DNA of 64,000 bases from Syntrophorhabdaceae bacterium (GCA_963666485.2 CAXXUO010000008.1:96001-160000), one strand, 5' to 3'. Positions 42,084 to 52,885 are shown, counted from the stretch's first letter. Notes: generated from the sequence alone by a model not told the origin. Program-made: numbers and translations.

Positions 42084-44102
42084 TCATATCAGGCCGATGG
42101 CCGTAATGATCATATCTATCGCCTTGATCCCGATGAACGGGACGACAAGGCCGCCTGCACCGTAGATGAGAAGATTTCTCTTCAGGAGCGCTGACGCTCC
42201 GAGCGGCCGGAATGTGACCCCTTTCAGGGCGAGGGGGATGAGGAACACTATGATAAGTGCATTGAAGATCACCGCGCTTAAGATCGCACTCTGCGGCGAA
42301 GAGAGCATCATAATGTTGAGCGGAGCGATAACGGGGAAAATGCCGACCAGCATGGCGGGGATGATCGCAAAATACTTTGCTACATCGTTCGCTATGGAAA
42401 ATGTCGTGAGCGCCCCGCGCGTGATGAGCATCTGCTTGCCTATCTCCACGACCTCGATCAGCTTCGTGGGGTTCGAGTCAAGATCGACCATGTTCCCTGC
42501 TTCCTTTGCCGCCTGGGTCCCCGTGTTCATCGCGACACCGACGTCCGCCTGTGCAAGGCCGGGGGCGTCGTTCGTCCCGTCACCGGTCATGGCGACGAGG
42601 TGGCCGGCCGCCTGCTCGGTGCGGATAAGGCGCAATTTATCCTCCGGCCTCGCCTCCGCCACAAACTCGTCGACGCCGGCCTCTTTCGCTATTGCAGCGG
42701 CCGTGAGCCGGTTGTCCCCGGTTATCATCACGGTCTTTATGCCCATTGCCCGAAACCGCTCGAACCGGTCTTTCAACCCGCCCTTCACGATATCCTTGAG
42801 CTCGATCGTACCGAGCACCCGTTCATTGTCCGCTACGACGAGAGGGGTGCCCCCCGAATCCGCTATTTCATCGATGGCCGCATTGACCTCATCGGGGAAG
42901 CTGCCGCCGACAAATGTCCGAACCGCCTCGGAGGCGCCCTTTCGTATCCGCCTGCTATCGAGGTCTATGCCGCTCATACGGGTCTGCGCGGTGAACGGTA
43001 TGAAATCGGCGTGCGGCATCTCGCCGATGTTCCGCCCCCTCAAGCCGTACTGCTTGGCGAGGACGACGATGCTCCGCCCTTCCGGGGTCTCGTCGGCAAG
43101 CGAGCTGAGTTGGGCTCCGTCTGCCAGTGCCTCGGGACTCACCCCGGGTGCCGGGATAAACCTCGTTGCCTGCCTGTCCCCGAGCGTGATCGTTCCCGTC
43201 TTGTCGAGAAGCAGGACATCGACATCGCCCGCCGCTTCGACCGCGCGGCCGCTCATTGCAAGAACGTTCTTCTGCACCATGCGGTCTATCCCCGCTATGC
43301 CGATAGCGCTCAACAGTCCGCCGATCGTCGTGGGAATGAGGCACACGAGCAGGGCGACAAGCACCGTAATGGGAAAGGACACGCCGGAATACATGCCAAA
43401 GAACCTAAGCGAAATGATAACGACGAGGAAGATGACGGTAAGCGCGGACAGAAGCAGGGTCAGGGCGATCTCGTTCGGGGTCTTCTGCCTTTTTGCCCCT
43501 TCCACGAGCCCGATCATGCGGTCAAGAAAACTCTGCCCCTTTTCCGCCGTCACCCGGACAACGATGCGGTCCGACAGGACCCGCGTGCCGCCCGTCACCG
43601 CACTGCGGTCTCCGCCCGCCTCCCGGATGACCGGCGCTGATTCCCCCGTGATCGCCGATTCGTCGACCGTCGCAGCCCCTTCGATGATCTCTCCGTCCGC
43701 TGGTATGACCTCGCCGGCCGAGACCACGAACAGTTCCCCCTTTTCGAGCCGGTCGGCGGGTACCTGCGTGACCGAACCGTCCCTCAGGCGGTTTGCGATG
43801 CTCTGCGTGCGCGTCCTGCGCAGGGCCATCGCCTGTGCCTTCCCCCGCCCCTCCGCCATCGCCTCCGCGAAGTTTGCGAAGAACACCGTGAACCACAGCC
43901 AGACCGTTATCTGGAGATCAAAAAAGAGGGATGCGCTCCCGGAGCGGTAGAAGAGCATGATTGTTGTGATCGCCGCCGCCGTTTCGGTAACGAAAATGAC
44001 CGGGTTTTTCATGAGGGACACGGGGTTCAGCTTCTTAAAAGAAGCAACGACGGCACCCGCTATGATGTCGCGATCGAAAAGGGAATGTCGCTTCGCAGCC
44101 AT
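42084..44102 (-). CDS. kdpB: K+-transporting P-type ATPase subunit B
   Basis: [30 protein letters not shown]. Confidence 0.98.
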   Translation of the reverse strand: MAAKRHSLFDRDIIAGAVVASFKKLNPVSLMKNPVIFVTETAAAITTIMLFYRSGSASLFFDLQITVWLWFTVFFANFAEAMAEGRGKAQAMALRRTRTQSIANRLRDGSVTQVPADRLEKGELFVVSAGEVIPADGEIIEGAATVDESAITGESAPVIREAGGDRSAVTGGTRVLSDRIVVRVTAEKGQSFLDRMIGLVEGAKRQKTPNEIALTLLLSALTVIFLVVIISLRFFGMYSGVSFPITVLVALLVCLIPTTIGGLLSAIGIAGIDRMVQKNVLAMSGRAVEAAGDVDVLLLDKTGTITLGDRQATRFIPAPGVSPEALADGAQLSSLADETPEGRSIVVLAKQYGLRGRNIGEMPHADFIPFTAQTRMSGIDLDSRRIRKGASEAVRTFVGGSFPDEVNAAIDEIADSGGTPLVVADNERVLGTIELKDIVKGGLKDRFERFRAMGIKTVMITGDNRLTAAAIAKEAGVDEFVAEARPEDKLRLIRTEQAAGHLVAMTGDGTNDAPGLAQADVGVAMNTGTQAAKEAGNMVDLDSNPTKLIEVVEIGKQMLITRGALTTFSIANDVAKYFAIIPAMLVGIFPVIAPLNIMMLSSPQSAILSAVIFNALIIVFLIPLALKGVTFRPLGASALLKRNLLIYGAGGLVVPFIGIKAIDMIITAIGLI

Positions 44103-44114
44103 TCTCGTCCTCGC

Positions 44115-45887
44115 CTAGTACAATGCACGGGAGGCATTCATGAGAAAATGCTCCACTATGGGGCCGAGTGCCAGGGCGGGAAGAAATGTGAGGGCCCCCA
44201 CGATCAGGACCGTTCCGGCAACCAGTGCGACAAATATGGGGCCGTAGGCCGGAAAACTGCCGGAGCTTGCGGGCACCGGCCTCTTTGCTGCCAGGCTCCC
44301 CGACAGTGCCATGACAGGGACTATCACCAGGAACCGGCCGAAAAGCATTGCTATGCCCAGCATAACGTTGTACCAGGGGGTGTTGCCGCCGAGGCCCGCG
44401 AACGCGCTCCCGTTGTTGCCCACGGCGGACGAAAAGGCATAGAGTATCTCGGTCAGGCCATGCGGCCCGGCATTGCCGAGCGCCCCCGTTCCCCATTTCG
44501 TCACCGCGCCGAATGCGGCAAATCCAAGGATGGAGAAGATGGATACAAGAACGGCAAGCGCGCACATCTTCACATCATACGCCTCGATCTTCTTGCCGCA
44601 GTATTCCGGGGTCCTCCCCACCATGAGGCCGGCCAGAAAGATCGCGAGAATGACAAAGACGAGCATGCCGTAAAGGCCCGACCCCACGCCCCCGAAGACG
44701 ACCTCGCCGAGTTGTATATTGACGAGGGTGATCAGCCCGCCGAGGGGTGTGAACGAATCATGCATCGCGTTCACCGCCCCGCATGACGCATCCGTTGTGA
44801 CCGTCGCAAAAAGCGACGAACCAAAGACGCCGAAGCGCACTTCTTTGCCCTCCATATTCCCCGGGGCGGCAGCCACACCGATATCGTGCATGCGCGGATT
44901 GCCGGCGACCTCCGCGAACCAGCATACACAGATCGCGGCGAGGAACAGCACGAGCATCGTCATGAAGATGGCCCAGCCGTGTTTACGGTTCTTTATCGTG
45001 AGCCCAAGGTAATAGGTAAGGCCGGCGGGGATCAGGAATATAGAGAAGATCTGCAGAAAATTGCTGAGCGGCGTCGGGTTCTCATACGGGTGGGCCGCAT
45101 TGGCATTCGTAAAGCCGCCGCCGTTCGTCCCCAGCATTTTTATCGCAGCCTGTGACGCCATCGGTCCCTGCACGATCGTTTGGCCCGTCACCATTTCCGT
45201 TTTAGCCGGGCCGGCACCATCCGGTGCCTGAACTGTGACAATTGCAGGTTCGACGAGTTGTGCCGACGCGTAGGGCCTGAAATTCTGGACCACCCCCTGC
45301 GACACCAGAAACACGGCGAACACGAGGGACAATGGCAGGAGGAGATACAGGTTGACCCTGACCATGTCGACCCAGAAATTCCCGACGGTCCCCGACCTCT
45401 CGCGGGCAATTCCCCGCACAAGCGCCGCAGACACCGCTATGCCGCACGCTGCCGAGATAAAATTGTGGAACGTCAGGGCGACCATCTGGGAAAAATAGGA
45501 CATCGTCGACTCACCCGGGTAGTTCTGCCAGTTGGTGTTCGTCGTAAAGCTCGCCGCCGTGTTGAAGGAGAGATCGGGATTGACGGGACCCAATCCCTGC
45601 GGGTTCAGGGGGAGAAGGTGCTGGAGGCGCAGGATGAAGTAGCTGAAGAGCATGGACGCGCAACTGAACACGAGGAGAGAGAAGAGGTAGCTCCTCCAGG
45701 TCTGCTCCTGCCGCCCCGCGAGACCGAACAGACGGTAGAACAGCCGCTCGAGAGGGGAGATGAGCGGGTCAAGGAACGTCTGTGCATCAGGGTCGAGCAC
45801 CCGCGAAAGATAGATGCCCATCGGCTTCGCCGCCGCGATAATAAGGCCCGTAAAAATTGCGAGCTGCAACCATCCGTACATATCCAT
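44115..45887 (-). CDS. kdpA: K+-transporting ATPase subunit A
   Basis: NTNWQ, GTNGGG, SCGAVNAMHDS, GRTPEY, NNGSAF. Confidence 0.98.
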   Translation of the reverse strand: MDMYGWLQLAIFTGLIIAAAKPMGIYLSRVLDPDAQTFLDPLISPLERLFYRLFGLAGRQEQTWRSYLFSLLVFSCASMLFSYFILRLQHLLPLNPQGLGPVNPDLSFNTAASFTTNTNWQNYPGESTMSYFSQMVALTFHNFISAACGIAVSAALVRGIARERSGTVGNFWVDMVRVNLYLLLPLSLVFAVFLVSQGVVQNFRPYASAQLVEPAIVTVQAPDGAGPAKTEMVTGQTIVQGPMASQAAIKMLGTNGGGFTNANAAHPYENPTPLSNFLQIFSIFLIPAGLTYYLGLTIKNRKHGWAIFMTMLVLFLAAICVCWFAEVAGNPRMHDIGVAAAPGNMEGKEVRFGVFGSSLFATVTTDASCGAVNAMHDSFTPLGGLITLVNIQLGEVVFGGVGSGLYGMLVFVILAIFLAGLMVGRTPEYCGKKIEAYDVKMCALAVLVSIFSILGFAAFGAVTKWGTGALGNAGPHGLTEILYAFSSAVGNNGSAFAGLGGNTPWYNVMLGIAMLFGRFLVIVPVMALSGSLAAKRPVPASSGSFPAYGPIFVALVAGTVLIVGALTFLPALALGPIVEHFLMNASRALY

Positions 45888-45896
45888 GGCTATCTC

Positions 45897-45977
45897 CTAG
45901 AACTTCTCCGGCCTGATGACCGATATCATCAGGTATATGATGAGAAGGATGCCCACGATGAGGACAACGATATCCAT
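45897..45977 (-). CDS. kdpF: K+-transporting ATPase subunit F, 26 aa
   Basis: MDIVVLIVGILLIIYLMISVIRPEKF*; GGAGG upstream; YL...RPEKF signature. Confidence 0.93.
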   Translation of the reverse strand: MDIVVLIVGILLIIYLMISVIRPEKF

Positions 45978-45978
45978 T

Positions 45979-46062
45979 TCATATCCTCCCGCAGGCCGCA
46001 CCGAAAAGATGACAGGCGGCAAAAAACAAGACGGCAACCGCAACAAACATAACATCGCTCAT
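45979..46062 (-). CDS. Small hydrophobic kdp-associated peptide, 27 aa
   Basis: MSDVMFVAVAVLFFAACHLFGAACGRI*; GGAGG upstream; ATGA overlap with the kinase stop; ends 1 nt before kdpF. Confidence 0.7.
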   Translation of the reverse strand: MSDVMFVAVAVLFFAACHLFGAACGRI

Positions 46063-47900
46063 GATGCATCCTCCGTGTGCCCGATATCTGCTGCGGGCAG
46101 GAAGAACGTGAATGTCGCACCTTCACCCTCCCTGCTCGTGACGGTGATCTCGCCATTATGTGCGTTGATGATCTCTTTGACGATCGAAAGGCCGAGGCCG
46201 GCACCACGGTGTGGATCATCCCCGGGGAGTTCCACGAACCTTTCAAAGATAATGCCCGTATATTCACGCGGAATGCCCTTTCCCGTATCTGCAACGGAAA
46301 AAGCGACGCGGGCATCCGCTCTTTTGGCCGAAACCGTGACGCTGCCGCCGGGCGGCGTATATCTCAACGCGTTTGAAAGCAGGTTTGAGAACACGTGCCC
46401 TATCTGCATTGCATCGGCGCTCACATCGGGGAGCTCAGGTTCAATATCGGCTGAAAGCATGATGCCCTTCTCCTGGCTCAAGCGGCGAAAGGGCTCGATG
46501 CCGTTCAATACCAGGGTCGCGGGGGACACGGTCCGGATGTTCATCTTCACTTTGCCCGACTCTATCCTGCTGATATCGAGAAGGTCATCGATAATAGTGC
46601 GGAGCCTTTCGCTTTCTTCCCGTGCGGCTACCAGCAATTCACCCTGTTTCGCGGTCAAGAGTCCCGGTTTCTCGGTCAGCAGGAGGTGGATGGCCATCTC
46701 CACGGCCGTAAGCGGTGTTTTCAGTTGATGTGATACGGTGGAAATGACGCTGCGCTTCATTTCGTCGTGCTGCCGGAGCAGGGTGACGTCCTCGAGAAGG
46801 AGCACCACCCCCGTCATTCGTTCCTTCTCCTCGAATATCGGTATGCCCCGCGGGCGGAAATATCGCTCCGCGCCGCCCACGAACTTTTGCATGACGTCCC
46901 TGTCGCCCGGCTCCACTTTTCGTCCCTTTTTCATGACCTCCCGATAGGTGCCTTCGACACGGCGATCGGGAAGCATGCCTATCGGGGTGTTGGGTTTGAG
47001 ACCGAATATGTCCTTTGCCGGGCCGGTTGCAACCTCCACCATGCCGTCGAGGCCTATCACGGCGACAGCATCCGAAAGGCTGTTAAAAGCGGCCTGCGTG
47101 GCCTTCTGGTACCTGTACGCCTTCGTCCTGTCGCTCCGCCGGAACTCGCGCACGGCGGCCGCCATCCGGTTGAACGCTTCGGAGAGCGCCCCTATTTCGT
47201 CACGGGACGTGACGGGCACGACAAGCTCGAGGTTCCCCTTCCTTATCTCGTCCGCCGAGCGCGTGAGACGGGAGATGGGCTGCACGATCCATTTACCGGC
47301 AAAGACCATGAAACCGAGGCCGATAACGATCCCGGCAATGACGAGAACATACATATGCCGGCGGGATGTTGCGGCGAGCCTTTTTGCCCGTTCATCGGAA
47401 TCCACTATGTTCTTCTGATTCATCAGGAGGATCGCATTGGCGATGTTTTTCATCTCGTAGAATTTTGGCAGCAACTTATTGAAATAGATTTTGTGCCTGC
47501 CGCCGAACGATGCGTCCCGCTTCCGGAGAAATTCCTCGAGGAGCGACCTGTACTGCCCAAACGTGTCACGAAGCCGCCAGGCCAGGTCCTTTTCACCCGG
47601 CAATGTGATATTGTCGAGCTCGACCTGGAGGGCCTGTGCAAACCGCGGCACATTGGCTTCGATAAGGTCCCTGCCCTTTTCTTTCTCACCGAGCAGGACG
47701 AACAGGATCCCGCTGTCTATGCGCTCGGCCGATTCTTTCATATCTTCGCACGCGATAACGCTCCGGTAGTTTTCCCTGAGAATGACATCGATCGACCCCC
47801 CCAACTGGGACAGGCGGATGATGCTCTGAGTACCGACAATAAGGATGATGACGAGAAGGCCCCCGAAGCCGAAGAAGAGTTTATGCCTGAGCTGAAACAT
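46059..47900 (-). CDS. Membrane sensor histidine kinase (periplasmic helical domain, HAMP, PAS-like, HisKA, HATPase), KinB-like
   Basis: 2 TM, DEIGALS.AFN.M, SHQLKTPL, NLLSNA, DTGKGI, GAGLGL. Confidence 0.93.
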   Translation of the reverse strand: MFQLRHKLFFGFGGLLVIILIVGTQSIIRLSQLGGSIDVILRENYRSVIACEDMKESAERIDSGILFVLLGEKEKGRDLIEANVPRFAQALQVELDNITLPGEKDLAWRLRDTFGQYRSLLEEFLRKRDASFGGRHKIYFNKLLPKFYEMKNIANAILLMNQKNIVDSDERAKRLAATSRRHMYVLVIAGIVIGLGFMVFAGKWIVQPISRLTRSADEIRKGNLELVVPVTSRDEIGALSEAFNRMAAAVREFRRSDRTKAYRYQKATQAAFNSLSDAVAVIGLDGMVEVATGPAKDIFGLKPNTPIGMLPDRRVEGTYREVMKKGRKVEPGDRDVMQKFVGGAERYFRPRGIPIFEEKERMTGVVLLLEDVTLLRQHDEMKRSVISTVSHQLKTPLTAVEMAIHLLLTEKPGLLTAKQGELLVAAREESERLRTIIDDLLDISRIESGKVKMNIRTVSPATLVLNGIEPFRRLSQEKGIMLSADIEPELPDVSADAMQIGHVFSNLLSNALRYTPPGGSVTVSAKRADARVAFSVADTGKGIPREYTGIIFERFVELPGDDPHRGAGLGLSIVKEIINAHNGEITVTSREGEGATFTFFLPAADIGHTEDAS

Positions 47901-47929
47901 ACAATGTCCCTGCATTATTCATATTCATC

Positions 47930-47946
47930 AGCATACGGCGTGCCAA
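47930..47946 (-). promoter_or_regulatory. sigma54 promoter upstream of kinase-kdpFABC
   Basis: Minus strand TTGGCACGCCGTATGCT: TGGCACG, 4 nt, ATGCT; GG-N10-GC. Confidence 0.75.
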
Positions 47947-48065
47947 GGGGAGGCTTCGTCTAACCTACCGGGATCATTGTGTATTAAGAAACAAGAATGG
48001 TCAGGGGCCTTGCGCTTCGCAAAGACGGGCCGGAACGGGCATTGCATGGTGCAAGGTTGCGGGGA

Positions 48066-49409
48066 TCACATGTTGTATTGTTTACGCCGCCGCCACAATG
48101 TCGCCTGGTCAATGCCAAGGACCTCGGCGGCCTCCTGCAGCGACCGCGAGTTCGCCAGGACGCGCCGGATATGCTCCTCCTCGATCCGGGCAAGCGACAT
48201 CGGATCGCCCGCCTTCGGGACCGACAGCGCCGGTTTTATCTTCTCCGGCAGATACTCGATCCCTATCCGGTCGCTTTTGCAAAGGATAACCGCCCGCTCT
48301 ATTGCATTCCTGAGCTCCCGGACATTCCCCGGCCACTCGTACTGCAGCAGGAAGTTCCAGGCCTCATCGGTAAAACCCAAAAAGCGTCGGTGGCTGTTTG
48401 AACTGAAAAAGGCAAGGAGGCGCTCGGCCAGCAGCCTGATGTCCGCCGGCCGCGCACGCAGGGGCGGTACCTCGACCTGAATGACGTTGAGGCGGTACAG
48501 CAGCTCTTCCCGGAAAAGCCCTTTCTTTACGGCCCCTTCCAGGTCTATATTCGTTGCAGCGAGGATACGCACATTGGCCCTGTGGGTTGCAGAATCACCG
48601 ACCATCTCGTATTCCCGGTCCTGGAGAAAGCGCAGCAGTTTCGGCTGGAGCGTCACGGGCAGGTCGCCGATCTCGTCGAGAAGAAGCGTACCGCCTTCGC
48701 AGGCGGCGATCTTCCCGCGATTGTCCTTGACCGCCCCCGTGAAAGCGCCCCTGACATGCCCGAACAGTTCACTGTCGAGAAGTTCCGGGGAAAGCGACGG
48801 GCAGGACACAACGCCGAACGGCATAGTGCGCCGCGGGCTCAACTGATGGATATACCTCGCCAGTTCCGTCTTTCCGGTGCCGCTTTCCCCGGTAAAGAGC
48901 ACCGTAGCGCCGGAGGGGGCGACCTGCCGGGCGAGGTACACGACCCGCTGCATCCCGGGATCCTCCGTAGAGAAATCGACCTCGGGATGCGACCTGCCAA
49001 GGTCGAGGGCAAGGGCCTCGATCCTCTCCTCCAGGGACCTTATCTCCATTACCTTGCTGAGCGCGATCCCGATCTGAGCCGGGGTGAAAGGTTTCGGCAC
49101 ATAGTCCGTGGCGCCGCGACGCATTGCCTCGACCGCGGTCTCGATGGATGCGTAGGCCGTTATCACGATGATCTTGAGCCACGGGGAATCCTTCAACAAC
49201 GCCGGTATCAGGTCGAGCCCGTTCGTTATCCCGAGCCTCAGGTCGACGAAGGCAAGGTCGAACGCCTGTTCGCGTGCCTTCCGTGAAGCATCTTCGGCAT
49301 TGCTGACCGCGGTGACCTGGCAGCCTTCCGATTCAAGGTACGACCCAAGGACCTTCCTGATATTTACTTCGTCATCGACGACGAGAATACGAAATGAGCT
49401 GACGTCCAA
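48066..49409 (-). CDS. sigma54-dependent response regulator (NtrC/AlgB-like)
   Basis: REC (VVDD, VDLRL, KP), GESGTGK, GAFTGA, DEIG, WPGNVREL, Fis HTH. Confidence 0.95.
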   Translation of the reverse strand: MDVSSFRILVVDDEVNIRKVLGSYLESEGCQVTAVSNAEDASRKAREQAFDLAFVDLRLGITNGLDLIPALLKDSPWLKIIVITAYASIETAVEAMRRGATDYVPKPFTPAQIGIALSKVMEIRSLEERIEALALDLGRSHPEVDFSTEDPGMQRVVYLARQVAPSGATVLFTGESGTGKTELARYIHQLSPRRTMPFGVVSCPSLSPELLDSELFGHVRGAFTGAVKDNRGKIAACEGGTLLLDEIGDLPVTLQPKLLRFLQDREYEMVGDSATHRANVRILAATNIDLEGAVKKGLFREELLYRLNVIQVEVPPLRARPADIRLLAERLLAFFSSNSHRRFLGFTDEAWNFLLQYEWPGNVRELRNAIERAVILCKSDRIGIEYLPEKIKPALSVPKAGDPMSLARIEEEHIRRVLANSRSLQEAAEVLGIDQATLWRRRKQYNM

Positions 49410-49479
49410 GAAAAATCACTCCTCTTAGAAAATATAAGTCGCCCGATATAAATAGAGTATTAAAAGTTGCGCGGGAAGC

Positions 49480-49496
49480 TGTAAAGAATATATAAA
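49480..49496 (-). promoter_or_regulatory. KdpE-type box upstream of the sigma54 activator gene
   Basis: Minus strand TTTATA-TATTC-TTTACA, matching the E. coli TTTATA-N5-TTTACA pattern. Confidence 0.62.
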
Positions 49497-49519
49497 AAAG
49501 CCGCGTGACCGGGCCCGTG

Positions 49520-50212
49520 TCAGTCCGCGGCAACAAGCCGGTACCCGACCCCCGGCTCGGTGATGATGTACGCGGGCTGCGACGGATCTTCCTCGATCTT
49601 GCGCCGCAGCTGCCCTATGTAGACACGCAGGTACTGGGAGTGCTCCTGGTAGTTGGACCCCCAGATCTCGAGAAGCAGCTGCCGGTGGGTAACCACCCTG
49701 CCCGCCTTCTGGGCGAGGTATTTCAGGACCTCGTATTCGGTCGGGGTCAGTTTTACTTCCTCTCCCCGGACCGTCACGCTCCTGCGGGCAAGGTCAAGGG
49801 AAAGCTCCCCGAAGCTGAGGACAGGCTCATCCCCCGAACGGGCTATGCGGCGCAGGGCGGCCCGTAAACGGGCGAGCAATTCGGCCATGCTGAAGGGCTT
49901 GGTGACATAATCGTCGGCCCCGGCGTCCAGGGCCTTGATCTTGTCGTCCTCGTGCTCCCGAACGGACAGGACAATGACGGGCACCTGCGTCCATTCGCGC
50001 AGCCGCCCGATGACCTCGATCCCGTCCATATCGGGCAGCCCCAGGTCCAGGATGACAACGTCAGGGTGGAATATCGACGTCTGGCTCAGGCCTTCGTGGC
50101 CGGAAGCCGCCTCGGCGATGTCATACCCGTAGCCTTCCAAAGCGGCCTTTAACATTCTCCGTATCTGCTTTTCATCGTCCACAACAAGGATCCGTGCTCC
50201 GTCCGCCGACAT
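49520..50212 (-). CDS. kdpE: OmpR-family response regulator KdpE
   Basis: LDLGLPDMDG, LREWTQVP, LTPTEY, VVTHRQLL, YLRVYIGQLRRKIE.DP, TEPGVGY. Confidence 0.93.
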   Translation of the reverse strand: MSADGARILVVDDEKQIRRMLKAALEGYGYDIAEAASGHEGLSQTSIFHPDVVILDLGLPDMDGIEVIGRLREWTQVPVIVLSVREHEDDKIKALDAGADDYVTKPFSMAELLARLRAALRRIARSGDEPVLSFGELSLDLARRSVTVRGEEVKLTPTEYEVLKYLAQKAGRVVTHRQLLLEIWGSNYQEHSQYLRVYIGQLRRKIEEDPSQPAYIITEPGVGYRLVAAD

Positions 50213-50224
50213 TATCGTTCCTTT

Positions 50225-51796
50225 TTAAGAATTTTCCTTTTCCGGCAAATCCCCGGCAACGGCCAGGGAAAAGCTGAAGCTGTTGCCATGCTCCGGTGAG
50301 GGGTCTATCCATATGCGGCCTCCGTGGGCCTCTATGATGCCCTTGCAGATGAACAGGCCGAGCCCCGTACCGCTGACATGCTGCGATGATCTTTGCCGGT
50401 AGAATTTATCGAAGATATGTTCCTGCTCGCCTCCCGGGATGGAAGGCCCCGCGTTTGACACGGTCACAACCAGGTCCTTTTCGCGAACGGCGACCGAGAT
50501 CGAGACGGGAACGTCCGGCGGGGAATACTTTGCGGCATTTTCAAGGAGATTTATCAGGACCTGCTCTATGAGGATAAAATCGGCCATGACGGATGGAACG
50601 TCCGGCGGTATGTCAACTTTGACCGGGTGGCCCGTCAACGTGTCCCGCATCTCCCTGAGCACCACGCCGATAATGTCCTGGATATCACACGGTCTCATGT
50701 TCAGTTTCAGGGTGCCGCTTTCCAGGCGCACCATGTCGAGAAGGTTCTCCACAAAACGGTTCATGCGGCGGGCCTCTTCCCGTATCGTGCCGAGGAGCAC
50801 CTCCCGCGTGGCGGGGGTATATATGTCCTTTTCCTCGATAAGGCTGGTCACGGCCCCCATGATCGACGCGAGCGGCGTCCTGAAATCATGGGAGATGGAG
50901 TTAAGAAGGGTCCTGTGCAGCTTTTCGGACTCCGCCAACCATTTGGCCTGCTCGGCCTCTTTTGCGAGCTCGAGCCGGACTATTATCACAGCGGCGAGGT
51001 TGCTCAAGGTCTCGATGAGCTGGGTCTGTTCCGGGGAAAGGGACAACGCCTCATTCCCGGGCCTTATGCCAAGAACGGCCAGCGTTCTTTCTTCAGCCTT
51101 CACGGGAAAGAAGAACAGCGACTTCTCACCCTCGAAGATCCCGAGACCTCTGCCGGCAGGGCGGCCCTGCTCGAACACCTGGCGGGCGACCGCATATTCC
51201 TTCTTGTCGAGGAATGTGTCGGCCGCTTCGGAGGCCACCTGCTCCATGGTATTGGTGTCCCGGTTATGCACGAGGACTATCGCCTTCCCGTCAACGATCC
51301 CGGCAACCTTATCGACAAATGTTTTCAGGACCTGGTCAAGCTCGGTCGTCGCGGCTATCTCGCGGCTGAGGTCGTATAATGCGAGCGTTCTTTCTTCGCG
51401 TTCCGTGGCTTTACGCGTCTCGTCCCTCAGTTTGGTTGCCAGCGTGCTCGTAACGATTGCCACGAGGAGAAAGATAACGAGGATGAAGACATGCTGGATG
51501 TTGGCAACCTCGAAGGTGAATATTGGCGGCACAAAGAAAAAATTAAACGCAAGAACGCCGAGGAATGACCCGAGGAACGCCGGGCCGCGTCCCCAGCGGA
51601 CGGCGCTTATCAGGACGGGCAGGAGATAAATAAGGGCAAGGTTGGTGAGATCGAGCCGGGGCGTTAATATCTCTCCCAGGAGAGTGACTGCGAGGATCGA
51701 CAGCACGGCCCAGGCATAATTCCTGGCCGGACTGCCGAGGAAAATGCGTTCCCGCCCGCGTCCCTGCCTGTATGGATCGTTCGTGCCTATATTCAT
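50225..51796 (-). CDS. kdpD: KdpD C-terminal half (4 TM, GAF, histidine kinase)
   Basis: TNLALIYLL, FNFFFVPP.FTF, SISHDFRTPL, NLLENAAKYS, GTGLGL; N-terminal KdpD/USP domains absent. Confidence 0.9.
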   Translation of the reverse strand: MNIGTNDPYRQGRGRERIFLGSPARNYAWAVLSILAVTLLGEILTPRLDLTNLALIYLLPVLISAVRWGRGPAFLGSFLGVLAFNFFFVPPIFTFEVANIQHVFILVIFLLVAIVTSTLATKLRDETRKATEREERTLALYDLSREIAATTELDQVLKTFVDKVAGIVDGKAIVLVHNRDTNTMEQVASEAADTFLDKKEYAVARQVFEQGRPAGRGLGIFEGEKSLFFFPVKAEERTLAVLGIRPGNEALSLSPEQTQLIETLSNLAAVIIVRLELAKEAEQAKWLAESEKLHRTLLNSISHDFRTPLASIMGAVTSLIEEKDIYTPATREVLLGTIREEARRMNRFVENLLDMVRLESGTLKLNMRPCDIQDIIGVVLREMRDTLTGHPVKVDIPPDVPSVMADFILIEQVLINLLENAAKYSPPDVPVSISVAVREKDLVVTVSNAGPSIPGGEQEHIFDKFYRQRSSQHVSGTGLGLFICKGIIEAHGGRIWIDPSPEHGNSFSFSLAVAGDLPEKENS

Positions 51797-51871
51797 TTCC
51801 CTCGTGGCTTTACCGACATTATACTACAAAAGCGGCCGGATAGATCGAAACACAAAGGGGAGCACGGAACG

Positions 51872-52264
51872 TTATTCGTAATCGCTCGGATTGAGGGCGA
51901 GTTTCAAGCCTTCCGCGCCTTTTAGAAGGACAATGGAACTGTGCGCTCCTTTTACGGTCACATCCACCCGGATATGCTTATCGAAGCTCTTTTCCGAGGC
52001 GTAGCGCGTGTTCGTCCACGCCACGTATCCGAAGCCTTTCGATGCGATATCTTTTTTCGCATCATCCTTGAACGCTTCTTTCGCCTTGTCGTCGGCGAGT
52101 TGGGTCATTTTGACGAGAAGATCGACCTTCCCGTCCTTGTAGGCCGCGGAATATTTCTGCACAAAATCCTGCGCCGTATTTGCCGACGGGTCCCCGGATG
52201 AACCGCAGGACAAGGCAAAGAACATGCACAGCACGCCAATGATGATCGAACCGGTCACTCTCAC
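51872..52264 (-). CDS. Hypothetical lipoprotein
   Basis: Hydrophobic leader ending ALSC. Confidence 0.65.
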   Translation of the reverse strand: MRVTGSIIIGVLCMFFALSCGSSGDPSANTAQDFVQKYSAAYKDGKVDLLVKMTQLADDKAKEAFKDDAKKDIASKGFGYVAWTNTRYASEKSFDKHIRVDVTVKGAHSSIVLLKGAEGLKLALNPSDYE

Positions 52265-52375
52265 TGAAACCTCCCGAAAAGTTGAATTCTTGCCTGGCTA
52301 CAAGGCATTCTACCCGATGGAGCAAAAAATACTCAATTGATAATTCCCAAGAGATACGATATGTATTCATCATAT

Positions 52376-52837
52376 ATGAAAAAGATAGCGGCCATCGGCA
52401 TCCTTATCCTGTTTATCGGCACCGGTATCGCCTGTCATAAGGAAGACGAGAAGGAAAAGATAAAGAAGGTCATCACGGGGGTCCAGGCGGCCGTCGAAGA
52501 AAAGAACATCAGGGGCGTAACAGGCTATATCGCGAAAAACTACAGCGATCCGCAGGGAAACAATTTCGAAACCCTCCGGGGAATGCTGCTCGGCTATTTC
52601 TTCCGGTATCCGAAGATTTCAGGGTATATCACCCACCTTGACATATCAGTGAACGGCGCATCCGCAAAAGCCACCCTCAAGGCCATCCTGACAAGCAGCC
52701 AGAAAACGGGCTCGGTGACCGACGTTGTCCCCGAACAGCTCGGAGTGTACCGGTTTGACGTCGAGTTCAACAAAGGGTCCGGCGACTGGAAGATAACGTC
52801 TGCCCGGTGGTCCCAGGTCAATCTGCAAGATCAATAA
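52376..52837 (+). CDS. Hypothetical lipoprotein, possibly NTF2-like fold
   Basis: MKK..., lipobox GIAC, Y.D..G and terminal WKITSA. Confidence 0.65.
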   Translation: MKKIAAIGILILFIGTGIACHKEDEKEKIKKVITGVQAAVEEKNIRGVTGYIAKNYSDPQGNNFETLRGMLLGYFFRYPKISGYITHLDISVNGASAKATLKAILTSSQKTGSVTDVVPEQLGVYRFDVEFNKGSGDWKITSARWSQVNLQDQ

Positions 52838-52858
52838 TTAAATAGAATATCGTTAGTT

Positions 52859-52885
52859 TAAGTTATCCGACGACACGGCCGATAT
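52859..52885 (+). promoter_or_regulatory. Putative sigma28 (FliA) promoter of cheD
   Basis: TAAG-N15-GCCGATAT. Confidence 0.65.

Noticed and set aside
42166..43950. Long antisense ORFs over kdpB and other GC-rich genes
   Set aside because: Typical antisense shadows of codon bias with no recognisable motifs.
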